Of a stretch of DNA of 18,571 nucleotides, positions 17,370-18,571 are shown piece by piece. This DNA is from an uncultured archaeon (lineage in GTDB: Archaea; Asgardarchaeota; Thorarchaeia; Thorarchaeales; Thorarchaeaceae), in NCBI GenBank assembly GCA_964590575.1, contig CAZPWM010000062.1, positions 1 to 18,571 on the forward strand. Reading direction: 5' to 3'. Numbering within the stretch: the stretch's first letter is position 1; each line of letters begins with the position of its first letter. The position numbers were made by a program, and so were the translations under genes. Below the pieces are notes generated by a model that was given only the letters and a program-made list of their open reading frames with translations, was not told where the DNA came from and made no database searches.

Positions 17370-17714
17370 TAGTATATTCCAACACACAATCAGAAGCAAG
17401 CAATATCTTTTCGCATTCTCAGAAAAAACAAGTTGGCAAACCAAGTAAGACCGAATGAAGGAAGTAATCCGGTCATCGAATGGGTGAAATCGATGAAATT
17501 GAATGAACCTGAGAGTTAGACCAACAAACTCTCTTTTGCCTTCTTTGCAAGATATTGATGAATCATTCAAAATATCTGCGCCTTGAATTCAAGTATAATT
17601 TTAGTAAGTCAATGCCACAGTCATCAAGAAATGAGGCTGAACCAAGATTAGAGATATTTATTTTATTAAAAGCACCCACCGCATGTTGTAAAAGCAAGGT
17701 ATTGTATCTTAATT

Positions 17715-18254
17715 ATGACTCTTAAAACACTAACAGATGCTGGTGGCATAGTGAGCGAAATTGAAAAAATTTTGAATCGAGTAAAGTACCTAAGAGAAAA
17801 CGATCTTATCACAGATGCAGAAGAGTTAGTCATAGTTGCGCTTGAGGATCATGAGGACTCTTGGCAACTATGGTCAGAACTAGGCCACATTCGGATTCGG
17901 AAACAGGATTTTGAATATGCCACTGAAGCGTTCCAGAATGCAACTAATCTTGAACCAGAGGCGTTTTGGCCTTGGTTGAACCTAGGAAATGCCCAAAGAG
18001 CCCTCGGGGATTTTGAGGCTGCGATTGATGCAACTCAGAATGCATTGAGAGTAGAGAGTGGAGATGAAGAACTCTACTTGGCATACTACAATCTCGCGCG
18101 CTACAATGCTTTAGTGGGGAGGACTGAAGAGGCTATGGATTTTCTCAAGACCGCTCTTGAGAATGATGAATCCTTGAGATCATGGGCTCGTGAGGATTCA
18201 GACTTGGATTCTTTGAGAACTGAGCCCGGGTTCGAATTTCTAGTCAAATCTTAG
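17715..18254 (+). CDS. Tetratricopeptide repeat protein
   Basis: TPR repeats 'WSELGHI...A..AF..A..LEP', 'WLNLGNA...GDFEAAI' and 'YYNLARYNALVGRTEEAMDFLKTA', plus a terminal 'AREDSDLDSLR' cap. Confidence 0.9.
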   Translation: MTLKTLTDAGGIVSEIEKILNRVKYLRENDLITDAEELVIVALEDHEDSWQLWSELGHIRIRKQDFEYATEAFQNATNLEPEAFWPWLNLGNAQRALGDFEAAIDATQNALRVESGDEELYLAYYNLARYNALVGRTEEAMDFLKTALENDESLRSWAREDSDLDSLRTEPGFEFLVKS

Positions 18255-18328
18255 TTTATTGTTATAGAAACCTGAATATTGAAAGAGCTGGAAATTTTCA
18301 AATCCCTCCCTCTTTTTTCCTGATGTGA

Positions 18329-18571
18329 TTAGATATTCAGGTGTGCAGCTAATTCTACAAGTTCAATGACTATACTGAGGAAGACAACTATCACCATGAA
18401 AAGGTCCAGAAAACCTCTGCCAAGCTGTGCCGATATCAGAATGACTGCAAAAACAGTGGTGAGAACATCGATGAGAATTATTACATAGAAAGGTGTAGTA
18501 TGTTTTCGATTCATCCTAAATCCTACAATGAAATGACTAACACCTAGTATGACCATCACCGGCAACAAAAC
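18329..18571 (-). CDS. Multi-pass membrane protein, 3' part only (runs off the window)
   Basis: Three hydrophobic segments in 79 aa. The frame is open to the window edge. Confidence 0.55.
   Translation of the reverse strand, partial: VLLPVMVILGVSHFIVGFRMNRKHTTPFYVIILIDVLTTVFAVILISAQLGRGFLDLFMVIVVFLSIVIELVELAAHLNI

Noticed and set aside
17221-17682. 9-bp inverted repeat GCGGTGGGT (17221-29) / ACCCACCGC (17674-82) as possible MITE ends
   Set aside because: Too short to exceed chance in 18 kb; no target-site duplication or transposase.

Overview
This 18.6-kb window is prokaryotic and probably archaeal. An Asgard/Thorarchaeia-like origin is an inference from the TATA-like promoters, the Lrp regulator, the thiolase-DUF35 pair and the style of the NosD/Ig surface protein. 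The left part is an amino-acid/nitrogen and phosphodiester scavenging block: SCP2-domain protein, glutamine synthetase I, divergent Lrp/AsnC regulator, a 1016-aa kinase-M23-class III PLP phospho-lyase fusion, a membrane-anchored Ig-EEP nuclease/phosphatase, an NPP-type phosphodiesterase and a Ser/Thr dehydratase-like enzyme. The middle holds two hypothetical genes and a thiolase-like/DUF35 operon. That thiolase lacks the catalytic Cys and is preceded by a long self-complementary 5' leader. The right part is a mosaic accessory region that starts exactly at the 3' end of the DUF35 gene. There, a NosD surface-protein gene is bracketed by a diverged 72-bp duplicate of the DUF35 3' end plus its terminator. 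It is followed by two SAM methyltransferases, DinB/TetR/GNAT remnants, a TPR protein and a partial membrane protein. I saw no rRNA, tRNA, CRISPR array, transposase or integrase. All family calls come from reading motifs by eye, not from database searches.
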